Source: Dehalococcoidia bacterium (lineage in GTDB: Bacteria; Chloroflexota; Dehalococcoidia; UBA2979). Taken from it: a stretch of 64,000 nt of DNA. Each line of letters starts with the position of its first letter. Position 1 is the first letter of the stretch. Positions 8,991 through 19,768 of this stretch are shown in pieces. The position numbers and the translations under genes are program-made. The notes under the pieces were generated by a model. The model saw only the letters and a list, made by a program, of their open reading frames with translations, was not told where the DNA came from and searched no databases. The stretch is taken from assembly GCA_020634075.1 (NCBI GenBank), contig JACKCJ010000001.1:10887-74886 (forward strand). The letters run 5' to 3'.

Positions 8991-10280
8991 CTAGCGGGCG
9001 AACTCGAGGGGGAGCGACGCCTTCGCGCCGATGTCCGTGCGGTAGTGCGCGCCCTCGAAGCTGATGCGGCGCACGTTGTCGTAGGCACGCGCGCGGGCGT
9101 CCTCCATCGTGGCGCCTCGCGCGACGACGCACAGGACGCGGCCGCCCGCGGTCACGAGGCGCCCATCGCGGCGTTGGGCGCCGGCGATGAAGACCTGCAC
9201 GTCGTCGTCGACATCGCCCACGCCCTCGATCGGCTTCCCGGTCTCGTACTTCGCGGGATACCCGCCCGAAGCCATCATCACGCCGACGGTCGCGACGTCA
9301 TCCCACTCGACGTCGACGGAGGCGAGCGTCCCCTTCGCGCAGGCCTCGAGGATCGGAAGCAGGTCGGAGCGCAGCTTGGGGAGGAGGACCTCGGTCTCCG
9401 GGTCGCCGAAGCGGCAGTTGAACTCGACGACCTTCGGGCCGTCCGCGGTCAGCATCATGCCCGGATAGAGGACGCCCCGGTACGGCCGCCCCTGCGCCGC
9501 CATCTGCGCGACCGCACGCTCGGTCACGCCGATCCGAATGGCCTCGGCGTCTGCATCTGAGAGCCAACCGGGCGGGGAGTAGACGCCCATCCCGCCGGTG
9601 TTCGGCCCCTGGTCGTCATCGAAGACCGGCTTGTGGTCGCACGAGAAGGGCATGTGCCGGACGGTGACGCCGTCGGTGAAGGCGTGCGCCGACGTCTCTC
9701 GGCCGTACATCCGTTCCTCGATCACCACGCGCGCACCACTCGCGCCAAAGACGCCTTCGCGCATGGCGGCGTCGATGGCAGCGACGGCCTGGTCAGCGTC
9801 ATCGCAGACGGTCACACCTTTGCCGGTCGCCAGCCCGTCCGCCTTCACGACGCACGGCCCTCCGAGCGACCGGACGTACTCGGTCGCGGCATCGGCATCC
9901 TCGAAGGCACGGGACGCGGAGGTGGCGATCCCGGCCTGTGCCATGAGGTCCTTCGCGAACGACTTCGACGACTCGATCTCGGCGGCTGCCTGCGTCGGTC
10001 CGAACGCGGGGATGCCGGCTGCCGCCAGGGCGTCGACGACGCCAGCGGCGAGGGGATCCTCGGGCGCAACGACGACGAGGTCGGCGCGGATCTCCTCGGC
10101 GAAGCGGCGGACCGACTCGACGTCGGTCGGCTTGAGGTCAGTGACGTTCTCGCCGAGGTCGAGCGTCCCGGCGTTGCCGGGCGCGATCCAGAGCTTCGAG
10201 AGCAGCGGCGACTGCGAGACACGCCAGGCGATCGCGTGCTCGCGACCGCCAGACCCGAGGAGCAGGACGTTCATCCCCAC
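8991..10280 (-). CDS. purD: phosphoribosylamine--glycine ligase
   Basis: 429 aa, MNVLLLGSGGREHAIAW.., with ATP-grasp core. Confidence 0.95.
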   Translation of the reverse strand: MGMNVLLLGSGGREHAIAWRVSQSPLLSKLWIAPGNAGTLDLGENVTDLKPTDVESVRRFAEEIRADLVVVAPEDPLAAGVVDALAAAGIPAFGPTQAAAEIESSKSFAKDLMAQAGIATSASRAFEDADAATEYVRSLGGPCVVKADGLATGKGVTVCDDADQAVAAIDAAMREGVFGASGARVVIEERMYGRETSAHAFTDGVTVRHMPFSCDHKPVFDDDQGPNTGGMGVYSPPGWLSDADAEAIRIGVTERAVAQMAAQGRPYRGVLYPGMMLTADGPKVVEFNCRFGDPETEVLLPKLRSDLLPILEACAKGTLASVDVEWDDVATVGVMMASGGYPAKYETGKPIEGVGDVDDDVQVFIAGAQRRDGRLVTAGGRVLCVVARGATMEDARARAYDNVRRISFEGAHYRTDIGAKASLPLEFAR

Positions 10281-10287
10281 GAGACCG

Positions 10288-11967
<1,680 letters not shown>

Positions 11968-12120
11968 GAGTTGGTTGGGAGTCCTTGCCCGGGGAGGGTG
12001 GGCGACTAGGCGGGGATCGTACAGAGGGCTAGATTGCGGGTCAACGAAACAGCGACGATCGCGCGTCATTACAGGCGTTGAGCAGCGCCTGGCGGCGCCT
12101 GGAGACCCGGGAGGGCCATT

Positions 12121-12720
12121 CTGCCCATCATCGGCCCCGACGCCATCGACGACGTCATCGAACGCCTCAACTCCGGTGGGATCGTCGCGATCCCGACCGA
12201 CACCGTGTACGGCCTGGCGTGCCTTCCCACGCACGAGGGCGCCCTGGGCGCGCTGGCGGACCTCAAGGGCCGGGAGCGCGACCAGCCGATCGCCGCGCTG
12301 ATCGACTCGGTCGCGGACATCATCAAGTTCCTCGTCGTACCCAACGCGCTCGACCCCTACGTGTCCTTCTGGCCGGGCGCGCTCACGGTGATCGTGAAGG
12401 CGCAGCCGGGCGGCCTCCTGCCGCCGGTCGTGACCGCCGAGGGCACGGTGGGCGTCCGCAAGCCCGACGACCGCATCGCCCGGGCCGTCATCCGCGGCTG
12501 CGGAGGCGTGCTCGCCGTCACCAGTGCGAACCGGCACGGCCAGGCGCCATGCACGAGCGCGGAGGCGGTCGCCGCCGAGTTCGGGCCGGGGCTCATCGTC
12601 CTCGACGGCGGAAGCCGTGACGGTGGCGTCGCGTCGACCGTCGTCGATGCATCTGGGGATGCGCCGCGGATCCTCCGCGAAGGGCCGATCACCGCCGCCG
12701 ACCTCGGGATCGGGTCGTGA
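12121..12720 (+). CDS. L-threonylcarbamoyladenylate synthase-like (YrdC/Sua5 domain) protein
   Basis: The YrdC motif [17 protein letters not shown] lies upstream of the first canonical start (GTG 12205). The frame is open from 12082 with no ATG/GTG/TTG. CTG at 12121 follows GGGAGGG (12109-12115). Start is uncertain. Confidence 0.75.
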   Translation: MPIIGPDAIDDVIERLNSGGIVAIPTDTVYGLACLPTHEGALGALADLKGRERDQPIAALIDSVADIIKFLVVPNALDPYVSFWPGALTVIVKAQPGGLLPPVVTAEGTVGVRKPDDRIARAVIRGCGGVLAVTSANRHGQAPCTSAEAVAAEFGPGLIVLDGGSRDGGVASTVVDASGDAPRILREGPITAADLGIGS

Positions 12721-13307
12721 CGCCTCGGCCGAACCCGTTCCTCCACCTCGAGGAGTGGTTCGCGGCAGCCCGACGCGAGGATCCCCAGCCCGAGGCTGCC
12801 GCGCTCGCCACCGTCGGCGCCGACGGCCAGCCTGCGAACCGGCTCGTGCTCGTCCGGCTGTGGGACACGCGCGGGTTCGAGGTGTTCACGAACCTCCGGT
12901 CGAGGAAGGCGCACGAACTCGGCGACGAGCCGAAGGCAGCGCTGACGTTCCACTGGAAGCCCCTCGGGCGACAGGTGCGCATCGAGGGCTTCACGGAGGC
13001 GATGAGCGCCGCCGAGTCCGACGCCTACTGGGCGAGCCGCCCGCGCGGCAGCCGCATCAGCGCGATCGCCTCCGACCAGTCCGAGCCGATCGAGTCCCGC
13101 GATGCGCTGCTCGCGAAGCGGGACCTGGTCGAGGAGCGCTACGAGGGCGTCGACGACATTCCGCGCCCGGCGCACTGGGGCGGCTTCCGCATCGTGCCGC
13201 TCCGGATCGAGCTCTGGCAGCACGAGGACAACCGCTACCACCAGCGGCTCGAGTATTCCCGCTCCGCCGTGGGCCGCCCCTGGCGCAGCCAGGTCCTCCA
13301 GCCGTAG
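12717..13307 (+). CDS. pdxH: pyridoxamine 5'-phosphate oxidase
   Basis: 196 aa with RLVLVR.., FHW..L.RQVRIEG and [16 protein letters not shown] motifs. GTGA overlap with the upstream gene. Confidence 0.9.
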   Translation: MTPRPNPFLHLEEWFAAARREDPQPEAAALATVGADGQPANRLVLVRLWDTRGFEVFTNLRSRKAHELGDEPKAALTFHWKPLGRQVRIEGFTEAMSAAESDAYWASRPRGSRISAIASDQSEPIESRDALLAKRDLVEERYEGVDDIPRPAHWGGFRIVPLRIELWQHEDNRYHQRLEYSRSAVGRPWRSQVLQP

Positions 13308-13395
13308 CACTCCGCCCGGACCTGTCGCTCGTTCGCAACCCCGGGGACTGCGAAGCGCACGCGCTCGTGACCGTCGTCACCCGATCCTCGCGCGC

Positions 13396-14439
13396 ATGGT
13401 TTCGCCCTCGAACCGCTCGACGCTCCACCACGTCAGCGATGCCGATCCCGGCTATCGCCGCATCCGGCGTGGGAACTCCTTCGAGTACGTCGACCCGGAC
13501 GGCGAACGTGTCGAGGACGACGCGACGCTGGAGCGCATCCGTTCGCTGGTGATCCCCCCGGCGTGGGAGGACGTGTGGATCTGCCGTGACCCGCGCGGCC
13601 ACCTCCAGGCAACCGGCCGCGACGCCCGAGGGCGGAAGCAGTACCGCTACCACGAGCTGTGGCGCGCCTCCCGGGCCGAGACCAAGTTCGGGAACATGGT
13701 CGCGTTCGGTGAGGCACTCCCACGCCTCCGGCGCCGCGTGGAAGAGGACCTCGGCCGCCGCGGGACACCTCGCGAGAAGGTCATCGCCACCGTCGTGCGG
13801 CTGCTCGACGTGACGGGCATCCGCGTCGGGAACCTGCAGTACGCGAAGGAGAACGAGTCTTACGGGCTGACGACGCTCCGGAACAAGCACGCGAAGGTGA
13901 AGTCCACCGGGGTCGTGTTCTCGTTCCGAGGCAAGAGCGGCGTCGAGCGGACGATCAGCGTCAAGGACCGACGCCTCGCCCGCATCGTTCGGCAGTGCAA
14001 GGAGATCCCGGGCTACGAGCTCTTCCAGTACGTCGACGAGGACGGCGACCGCCGGACGGTGAGTTCGCAGGACGTGAACGACTACATCCGCGAGGCCACC
14101 GGCTCGCACTTCACCGCCAAGGACTTCCGGACCTGGTGGGGCACCGTGCTCGGCGCGACGGCGCTCGCCGAGGCGGAGGAGCCGGCGTCCGCGACGCGGG
14201 CGAAGCGCGAGGTCGCCCAGGCGATCAAGCACGTGGCGGGCGTCCTCGGGAACACGCCTGCCGTCTGTCGCAAGTCGTACGTCCATCCCGCCGTCATCGA
14301 GGCGTACGAGCAGGGCGATCGAATGCCGTCGATGCGGCCGTCGCGCTGGCTGTCGTCCGAGGAGCGCGGAACGCTCGCGCTGCTGCGCGCGTGCAAGGCG
14401 GCACCGGCTGCGGCTGTCCGAGAGACTGAGGTAGCATGA
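13396..14439 (+). CDS. DNA topoisomerase IB (poxvirus-like bacterial type)
   Basis: Motifs IPPAWEDVWI, GRDARGRKQYRYH, RVGNLQYAKENESYGLTTLR, HFTAKDFRTW and LGNTPAVCRKSYVHP (active-site Tyr). ATG at 13396 within the 445-aa ORF. Confidence 0.85.
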   Translation: MVSPSNRSTLHHVSDADPGYRRIRRGNSFEYVDPDGERVEDDATLERIRSLVIPPAWEDVWICRDPRGHLQATGRDARGRKQYRYHELWRASRAETKFGNMVAFGEALPRLRRRVEEDLGRRGTPREKVIATVVRLLDVTGIRVGNLQYAKENESYGLTTLRNKHAKVKSTGVVFSFRGKSGVERTISVKDRRLARIVRQCKEIPGYELFQYVDEDGDRRTVSSQDVNDYIREATGSHFTAKDFRTWWGTVLGATALAEAEEPASATRAKREVAQAIKHVAGVLGNTPAVCRKSYVHPAVIEAYEQGDRMPSMRPSRWLSSEERGTLALLRACKAAPAAAVRETEVA

Positions 14440-14455
14440 GCCTTCAGGAGGTCTC

Positions 14456-14923
14456 ATGCGCGTTGCGATCGGTTCTGACCACGCCGGGTTCGAGCTGAAG
14501 GAGATCCTCCGCGCGGAGCTCGCCGAGCTGGGCGACGACGTCACCGACTACGGGACGGACTCGCTCGAGTCGTGCGACTACCCCGACATCGCCGTCCCGC
14601 TCGCGAAGGCGGTCGCCGCGGGCGAGCACGACTTCGGCATCCTCATCTGCTCCAACGGCGTCGGCCCATCGGTCGTCGCGAACAAGATCCACGGCGTACG
14701 GGCGGCCGTCTGCCACGACACCTTCTCGAGCAAGCGCGCCCGCGAGCACACGGACGTGAACGTGCTCTGCCTCGGCGCGTGGGCGATCGGGCGCGGTGCG
14801 GCCTCCGAGGTCATGCGCGCCTTCCGCTCCGCCTCCTTCGAGGGCGGCCGCCACGAGCGGCGCCTGAACAAGGTGAAGGCGGTCGACGACGAGATGCGCG
14901 CCGCTGCCGGCACGGACGCTTAG
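14456..14923 (+). CDS. rpiB: ribose-5-phosphate isomerase B
   Basis: MRVAIGSDHAGFELK.., ICSNGVG and the RpiB/LacAB fold motifs. Confidence 0.9.
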   Translation: MRVAIGSDHAGFELKEILRAELAELGDDVTDYGTDSLESCDYPDIAVPLAKAVAAGEHDFGILICSNGVGPSVVANKIHGVRAAVCHDTFSSKRAREHTDVNVLCLGAWAIGRGAASEVMRAFRSASFEGGRHERRLNKVKAVDDEMRAAAGTDA

Positions 14924-14928
14924 CGCTC

Positions 14929-17322
14929 GTGGCGCCTGCCAACCTCGCCGGGCGCGTCCGCAGCGGCGCACGCCAGGCGACGGGACTCGCGAAGGCGATC
15001 AAGCGCACCCTCGACCACTCGTCGTTCCCGCCCGCTGAGGGCCGCCTCGAGGTGCGAGGCACCGACGACCGCATCGAGATCGTGCGCGACCGCTGGGGCG
15101 TGCCGCACGTGCTCGCCTCGACTCCCGCCGATGCGTTTTTCGGCCACGGCTTCGTCCACGCGCAGGACCGGCTCTTCCAGATGGAGGGCGCGCGACGCAC
15201 CGCCGCCGGCCGACTCTCCGAGATCGCCGGGCCGTCGACGCTCGCCAGCGACCGGCTCGTGCGCCGGGTTGGACTCAACCGCGCCGCGCGCGCCGACGCC
15301 GAGCAGATCGCGGGCAGCGACCGCCAGCTCCTGGAGGCCTACGCGCGAGGCGTGAACGAGGGCGTCCGCCTGCTTCCGGCGCTCCCGCCCGAGTTCGCCC
15401 TCCTCGGCGACCAGGTCGAGCCGTGGAGCATCGAAGACACGATGCTCGTCGGGCGGCTCGTGATGTTCGGCTTCGCCGGCAACTGGAACACCGAGCTCGT
15501 CCGGGAGCGGCTGGCGGCTTCGCTCGGCCCGGAGCTCGCGGCTGCGATCGACCCGGTGCATCCGCCGACCTCGACCGTGACGGGCGAGGGATACACCCGC
15601 GCCGCCGATGCGCTGCTGCGGACCTACACGGACGCGTTCGGCACCGGGGGCTTCACGACCCTCTCCTCGAACGCGTGGGCGGTCTCCGGCGCGCGCACCG
15701 AGAGCGGGCAGCCACTGCTCGCGTCTGATCCGCACGTGGACGTGGCCCTCCCGGGTTTGTTCCACGTCGCCCATGTCCGGGGCGGAACCCTGGACCTCGT
15801 GGGGGCGGGGATTCCCGGGATCCCAGGCGTGGCTATTGGACATAACCGACAGGTGGCGTGGGGCATCACCGCCGGGATGGCCGATGTCTCCGACTGCTAC
15901 ATCGAGGAGTTCGAGTCCCCGACGTCGCTCCGCTACCGCACGCCCCAGGGCTGGGCGGAAGCGTCCACGCTGACCGAGCGCATCAACGTCCTCGGACGGG
16001 AGGCGGTCGAGGAGCACATCGCCGTCACGCGCCACGGGCCGGTCGTGAGCCCGGCGCTGCGCGGGGAATCGCGAGCGATCGCGCTCAACAGCTCCGTCGT
16101 CACGGGCGAGGACATCGCGACGCCATTCATCGCGCTGTCCCGAGCGGCGAGCTTCGGGCAAGCCGAGCGCGCCGTCGACGGCTGGGCGAGCACGACGTTC
16201 AACTTCATCCTCGCGAGCACGGACGGGCACATCGGCTACCGCTTCGCCGGGCAGGTGCCCGCGCGCGACGCGGGCGTGGGGCTGTTCCCCCAGCGTGGTG
16301 CGACCTCTGACGGGCCACCGCCGTTCCTCGCGCCCCACGACTTGCCTCGACTCATCGATCCGCCCGACGGCGTCGTCGCCTCGGCGAACAACGCGCCCGG
16401 CGGGCCGCATGAGCTGGGCGAGGAGTGGTGCGAGCCGGCGCGCTGGGAGCGGATCACCTCCCGGCTGCGCGAGCGGGAACGTCACACGGTGGCGTCGTTC
16501 TGTGAGATCCAGCTGGACCGCTACTCCGCGAACCTCGTGCGGCTACGCGCCGTCATGCTCGACGCGATCGAAGGCACGCCGGGCTCGGAGTCCATCGTGG
16601 ACCTGCTCCGCGGGTGGAACGGGCGTCTCGACTCCGGCGACCCTGCCGCCGCGCTCGTGCACGCGACCTACCGCACGCTGGGCGTCGAGGTCGCGGAGCG
16701 CGTCTCCGGCGGCCTCGGACGCGTCTCGATGGGCGCCTCGATCGATGGGATCCCGGTGAACTCGGCGTTCGCGTACCGCTCCCAGGGGATGCTCGTGCGA
16801 GCCGCCGAGGAGGCGCTGGCTCCCTGGTACGAGGGGCCCGAGGACCGCGATCGGCGTGTGCGGGGCGCCGTCGGCCGGGCGGCGGGAATCCTCCAGCAGT
16901 CCTCCGGAGCGATGGAGGACTGGTCGATCGGCGACCTGCAGACCATCCCGTTCGCGCATGCCCTCCACGACGTCCCCGGCGCCGGTGCCCAGTGGTCGCG
17001 GGGGACGAGGCCGTTCGGCGGCGACCTGAACACGATCGTGCAGGCGCAGGGCTCAGCCTGGCGTACCCACAACTCCGTGCGGATCGCGCCCGGCTATCGC
17101 CAGGTGCTGGACCTCTCGGACTGGGACGCCTCCGTGTTCATGCACCCGACCGGCGCATCCGGCATCCCGGGGCATCCGCGCTACGACGACTGCATCGATG
17201 AATACGTGGCAGGGGCGTACCGTCCGTTGCTGTTCAACGAGCTCGCGATCCGCGCGGCCACCGAGGCCACGCTGATCCTCGAGCGCGCGAGCGGGGAGTC
17301 CACCGATGTCCACCCTGGCTGA
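14929..17322 (+). CDS. penicillin acylase family Ntn-hydrolase (possible acyl-homoserine-lactone/penicillin amidase)
   Basis: Motifs DRWGVPHV, GHGFVHAQDRLFQME and SSNAWAVSG (N-terminal nucleophile Ser of the beta chain). GTG at 14929 is the first in-frame start after the rpiB stop. Confidence 0.85.
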   Translation: MAPANLAGRVRSGARQATGLAKAIKRTLDHSSFPPAEGRLEVRGTDDRIEIVRDRWGVPHVLASTPADAFFGHGFVHAQDRLFQMEGARRTAAGRLSEIAGPSTLASDRLVRRVGLNRAARADAEQIAGSDRQLLEAYARGVNEGVRLLPALPPEFALLGDQVEPWSIEDTMLVGRLVMFGFAGNWNTELVRERLAASLGPELAAAIDPVHPPTSTVTGEGYTRAADALLRTYTDAFGTGGFTTLSSNAWAVSGARTESGQPLLASDPHVDVALPGLFHVAHVRGGTLDLVGAGIPGIPGVAIGHNRQVAWGITAGMADVSDCYIEEFESPTSLRYRTPQGWAEASTLTERINVLGREAVEEHIAVTRHGPVVSPALRGESRAIALNSSVVTGEDIATPFIALSRAASFGQAERAVDGWASTTFNFILASTDGHIGYRFAGQVPARDAGVGLFPQRGATSDGPPPFLAPHDLPRLIDPPDGVVASANNAPGGPHELGEEWCEPARWERITSRLRERERHTVASFCEIQLDRYSANLVRLRAVMLDAIEGTPGSESIVDLLRGWNGRLDSGDPAAALVHATYRTLGVEVAERVSGGLGRVSMGASIDGIPVNSAFAYRSQGMLVRAAEEALAPWYEGPEDRDRRVRGAVGRAAGILQQSSGAMEDWSIGDLQTIPFAHALHDVPGAGAQWSRGTRPFGGDLNTIVQAQGSAWRTHNSVRIAPGYRQVLDLSDWDASVFMHPTGASGIPGHPRYDDCIDEYVAGAYRPLLFNELAIRAATEATLILERASGESTDVHPG

Positions 17323-18331
17323 CCGAGCCGCCTCCTACCGCCCGGCCATCCAGCGCGAGATGCGCGCGGCCGTCAGCGACCGTCCTGAGCAGCTCTACGC
17401 ATGGATGCGCTACCACCTCGGCTGGGAGGATCGCGACGGACAGGGCGTCGAGGCGTCCCCCGGCAAGCTGATGCGCCCGGTCGCGGTGCTGCTTGCCACG
17501 GAGCTCCTCGGTGGCACGGTCGAGCACGCCCTCCCGGCGGCGGCGGCGGTCGAGCTCGTCCACAACTTCTCGCTGCTCCACGACGACGTGGAGGACGCCA
17601 GCGAGTTCAGGCGCGGACGCCGGAACCTCTGGACCTTCGCGGGGGCCCCGCAGGCGATCAACACGGGCGACGGCATGTTCGTCGTCTCCCGCCTCGCGGA
17701 GTACCGGATGCTGGACGCCGGGGCGGACCCGGCGCGTGCGATCGAGGTCATGCGCGAACTGGACGAGGCCTGCATGCGACTGGTCGAGGGGCAGTACCTC
17801 GACATGTCGTTCGAGACCCGCCACGACGTGACGCTGGACGAGTACCTCCAGATGGCCGGTGGGAAGACCGCGGCGATGTTCGCGGCCCCATTCGCGATCG
17901 GCGCCATCCTCGCGGGCGCATCGGAGGCGACGGTGGCAGCGCTCCGCGCCTACGGGCGACACGTCGGGCTGTCCTTCCAGATGGTGGACGATGTGCTCGG
18001 CATCTGGGGCGATCCGGCGGTCACGGGCAAGCCGGTCGGCGACGACCTGTCGTCGCGCAAGATGACCTACCCGGTGATCCTCGCCCTCGAATCGACCGAG
18101 GAAGCCGGAGACTCCCTGCGTCGTGCGTATGCGTCGTCACCGGGGCCGGATGACCGCATCGACGCGATGGCGGGGTGGGTGGAGGCGACGGGCGCGCGCG
18201 CGGCGACCGAGGCGAAGGCGCGCGAGGAGCTGCGACAAGCGATGGACGCCCTCACCGGATCGGGACTTGCGCCCGACGCCATCGAGGTGCTCGCCGAGTA
18301 CGCTGAGGCGGCGGTCGGTCGAGTGTCCTAG
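17306..18331 (+). CDS. polyprenyl diphosphate synthase (GGPP-synthase-like)
   Basis: Two DDxxD motifs, LLHDDVED and MVDDVLG. 341 aa. Confidence 0.9.
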   Translation: MSTLADRAASYRPAIQREMRAAVSDRPEQLYAWMRYHLGWEDRDGQGVEASPGKLMRPVAVLLATELLGGTVEHALPAAAAVELVHNFSLLHDDVEDASEFRRGRRNLWTFAGAPQAINTGDGMFVVSRLAEYRMLDAGADPARAIEVMRELDEACMRLVEGQYLDMSFETRHDVTLDEYLQMAGGKTAAMFAAPFAIGAILAGASEATVAALRAYGRHVGLSFQMVDDVLGIWGDPAVTGKPVGDDLSSRKMTYPVILALESTEEAGDSLRRAYASSPGPDDRIDAMAGWVEATGARAATEAKAREELRQAMDALTGSGLAPDAIEVLAEYAEAAVGRVS

Positions 18332-18554
18332 GTAGGAGCCGGGATTTGGTCCGTATGCGAACCCGCCACGCTATCCGCTCCCGAACCCGCCAGATTGCCC
18401 GAGCTCAGAGCGACTTCGTATCATCGAGCCGGGTCGCGCGTGTCTTCCCCGACGCCCGTCCGCAGCCCCGAGATCGAACCCACTGTCCATACGACGCCAT
18501 CGTCGACCGAGGTGAGCAGCCCACGCACGGGTCTCCTGTCGCGCGGGTCGGAGG

Positions 18555-19742
18555 GTGCCGGTGAACAAGAAGACGGTCCGCGACATCGATGTGGCCGGGA
18601 AGCGTGTCTTCCTGCGTGTCGACTACAACGTCCAGTTCGACGAGGGCGAGATCCTCGACGACTACCGCCTCCGGGAGTCGATCCCGACGCTCGAGTACCT
18701 GATCGAGCAGGGCGCGAAGACCATCATCTGCGCGCACCGCGGCCGCCCCGGCGGGAAGGTCGTGGAGGAGCTCCGCAACGAACCGGTCGCCAAGCACCTC
18801 GCGACGCTCATCGGCCGCGAGGTGAAGTCGGTCACCGACTGCGTCGGCCCGGAGGTCGACGCAGCAGTCGCGGCGATGCAGCCCGGTGACCTGCTGCTCC
18901 TCGAGAACGTCCGCTTCTACGCGGGCGAGGAGGCGAACGACCCGCAGTTTGCGAAGCAGCTGGCGGCGCTGGCCGACGTGTTCGTGTCGGACGCGTTCGG
19001 CACGGCGCACCGCGCACACGCCTCGGTCGTCGGTGTCGGCTACTACCTGCCGGCCGTCGCGGGCTTCCTGATGGAGCGCGAACTCGAGTACGTCGGCCGC
19101 GTCGCCACGGACGGCGAGAAGCCGCTCGCGGTGATCCTGGGCGGGGCGAAGGTCTCCGACAAGCTGGCCATCCTCAAGAACCTCGTGGACCGCGCCGCGC
19201 TGATCTGCGTCGGCGGCGGCATCGCGAACACCTTCCTCCGCGCACAGGGCATCGATGTCGGCGCCTCGCTGTACGAGGCGGACCGCATCCAGGACGCGTA
19301 CGAGGTGATGCGCCTCGCATCCTCGCGGAACGATCTCCGTCTCCTGATGCCCACCGACGTCGTGATCGCGGACGCTGCCGGCACGCGCATCAACACCGTC
19401 TCGGTGAACCGCATCCCGCCTGGATTCCGCATCCTCGACCTCGGGCGCCGCACGCTCGAGGACATGCGCGAGGCGCTCGCGCCGATGAAGACCGTCGTGT
19501 GGAACGGCCCCGTCGGCTTCTTCGAGCGTGAACCGTTCGACCGCGGGTCGATCGAGGTCGCGCGGATGCTCGCGGACCTCGTCGGCGCGATGACGGTTGT
19601 CGGCGGTGGCGAGACGGCGGCGGCGGTGGCGAAGGCCGGCGTCGCACAGCACATCTCGCACGTCTCCACCGGCGGTGGCGCGTCCCTGGAGATGCTCCAG
19701 GGGATCATGCTGCCGGGCGTCGAGATCCTCCGGGACAAGTAG
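18555..19742 (+). CDS. pgk: phosphoglycerate kinase
   Basis: 395 aa with FLRVDYNV and GGGDTAAA-like GGGETAAAV. Canonical length. Confidence 0.95.
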   Translation: MPVNKKTVRDIDVAGKRVFLRVDYNVQFDEGEILDDYRLRESIPTLEYLIEQGAKTIICAHRGRPGGKVVEELRNEPVAKHLATLIGREVKSVTDCVGPEVDAAVAAMQPGDLLLLENVRFYAGEEANDPQFAKQLAALADVFVSDAFGTAHRAHASVVGVGYYLPAVAGFLMERELEYVGRVATDGEKPLAVILGGAKVSDKLAILKNLVDRAALICVGGGIANTFLRAQGIDVGASLYEADRIQDAYEVMRLASSRNDLRLLMPTDVVIADAAGTRINTVSVNRIPPGFRILDLGRRTLEDMREALAPMKTVVWNGPVGFFEREPFDRGSIEVARMLADLVGAMTVVGGGETAAAVAKAGVAQHISHVSTGGGASLEMLQGIMLPGVEILRDK

Positions 19743-19768
19743 CCGAACGCACGCGCGAGAGGGCACGC

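Noticed and set aside
8236-9132. N-terminal 299 codons of the 437-aa ORF 7819..9132 (-)
   Set aside because: It is antisense to the lipoprotein gene and runs into purD. It is Arg/Gly-rich. Only the C-terminal 138 codons from ATG 8235 look like a gene.
12078-12620. 180-aa ORF starting at TTG 12078, considered as a possible frameshifted true start for the TsaC-like gene
   Set aside because: Its translation is Arg/His/Pro-rich with no YrdC similarity. The conserved YrdC N-terminus is in the other frame from 12118 onward. A CTG start with a good SD is more parsimonious than a frameshift, but a sequencing indel cannot be excluded.
14920-16485. 521-aa ORF on the - strand
   Set aside because: Antisense shadow of the penicillin-acylase-family gene. 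The same reasoning applies to 10271..11728(-), 19796..21127(-), 21236..22459(-), 25709..27160(-), 30955..32931(-), 38394..39836(+), 55856..57217(-) and similar ORFs.
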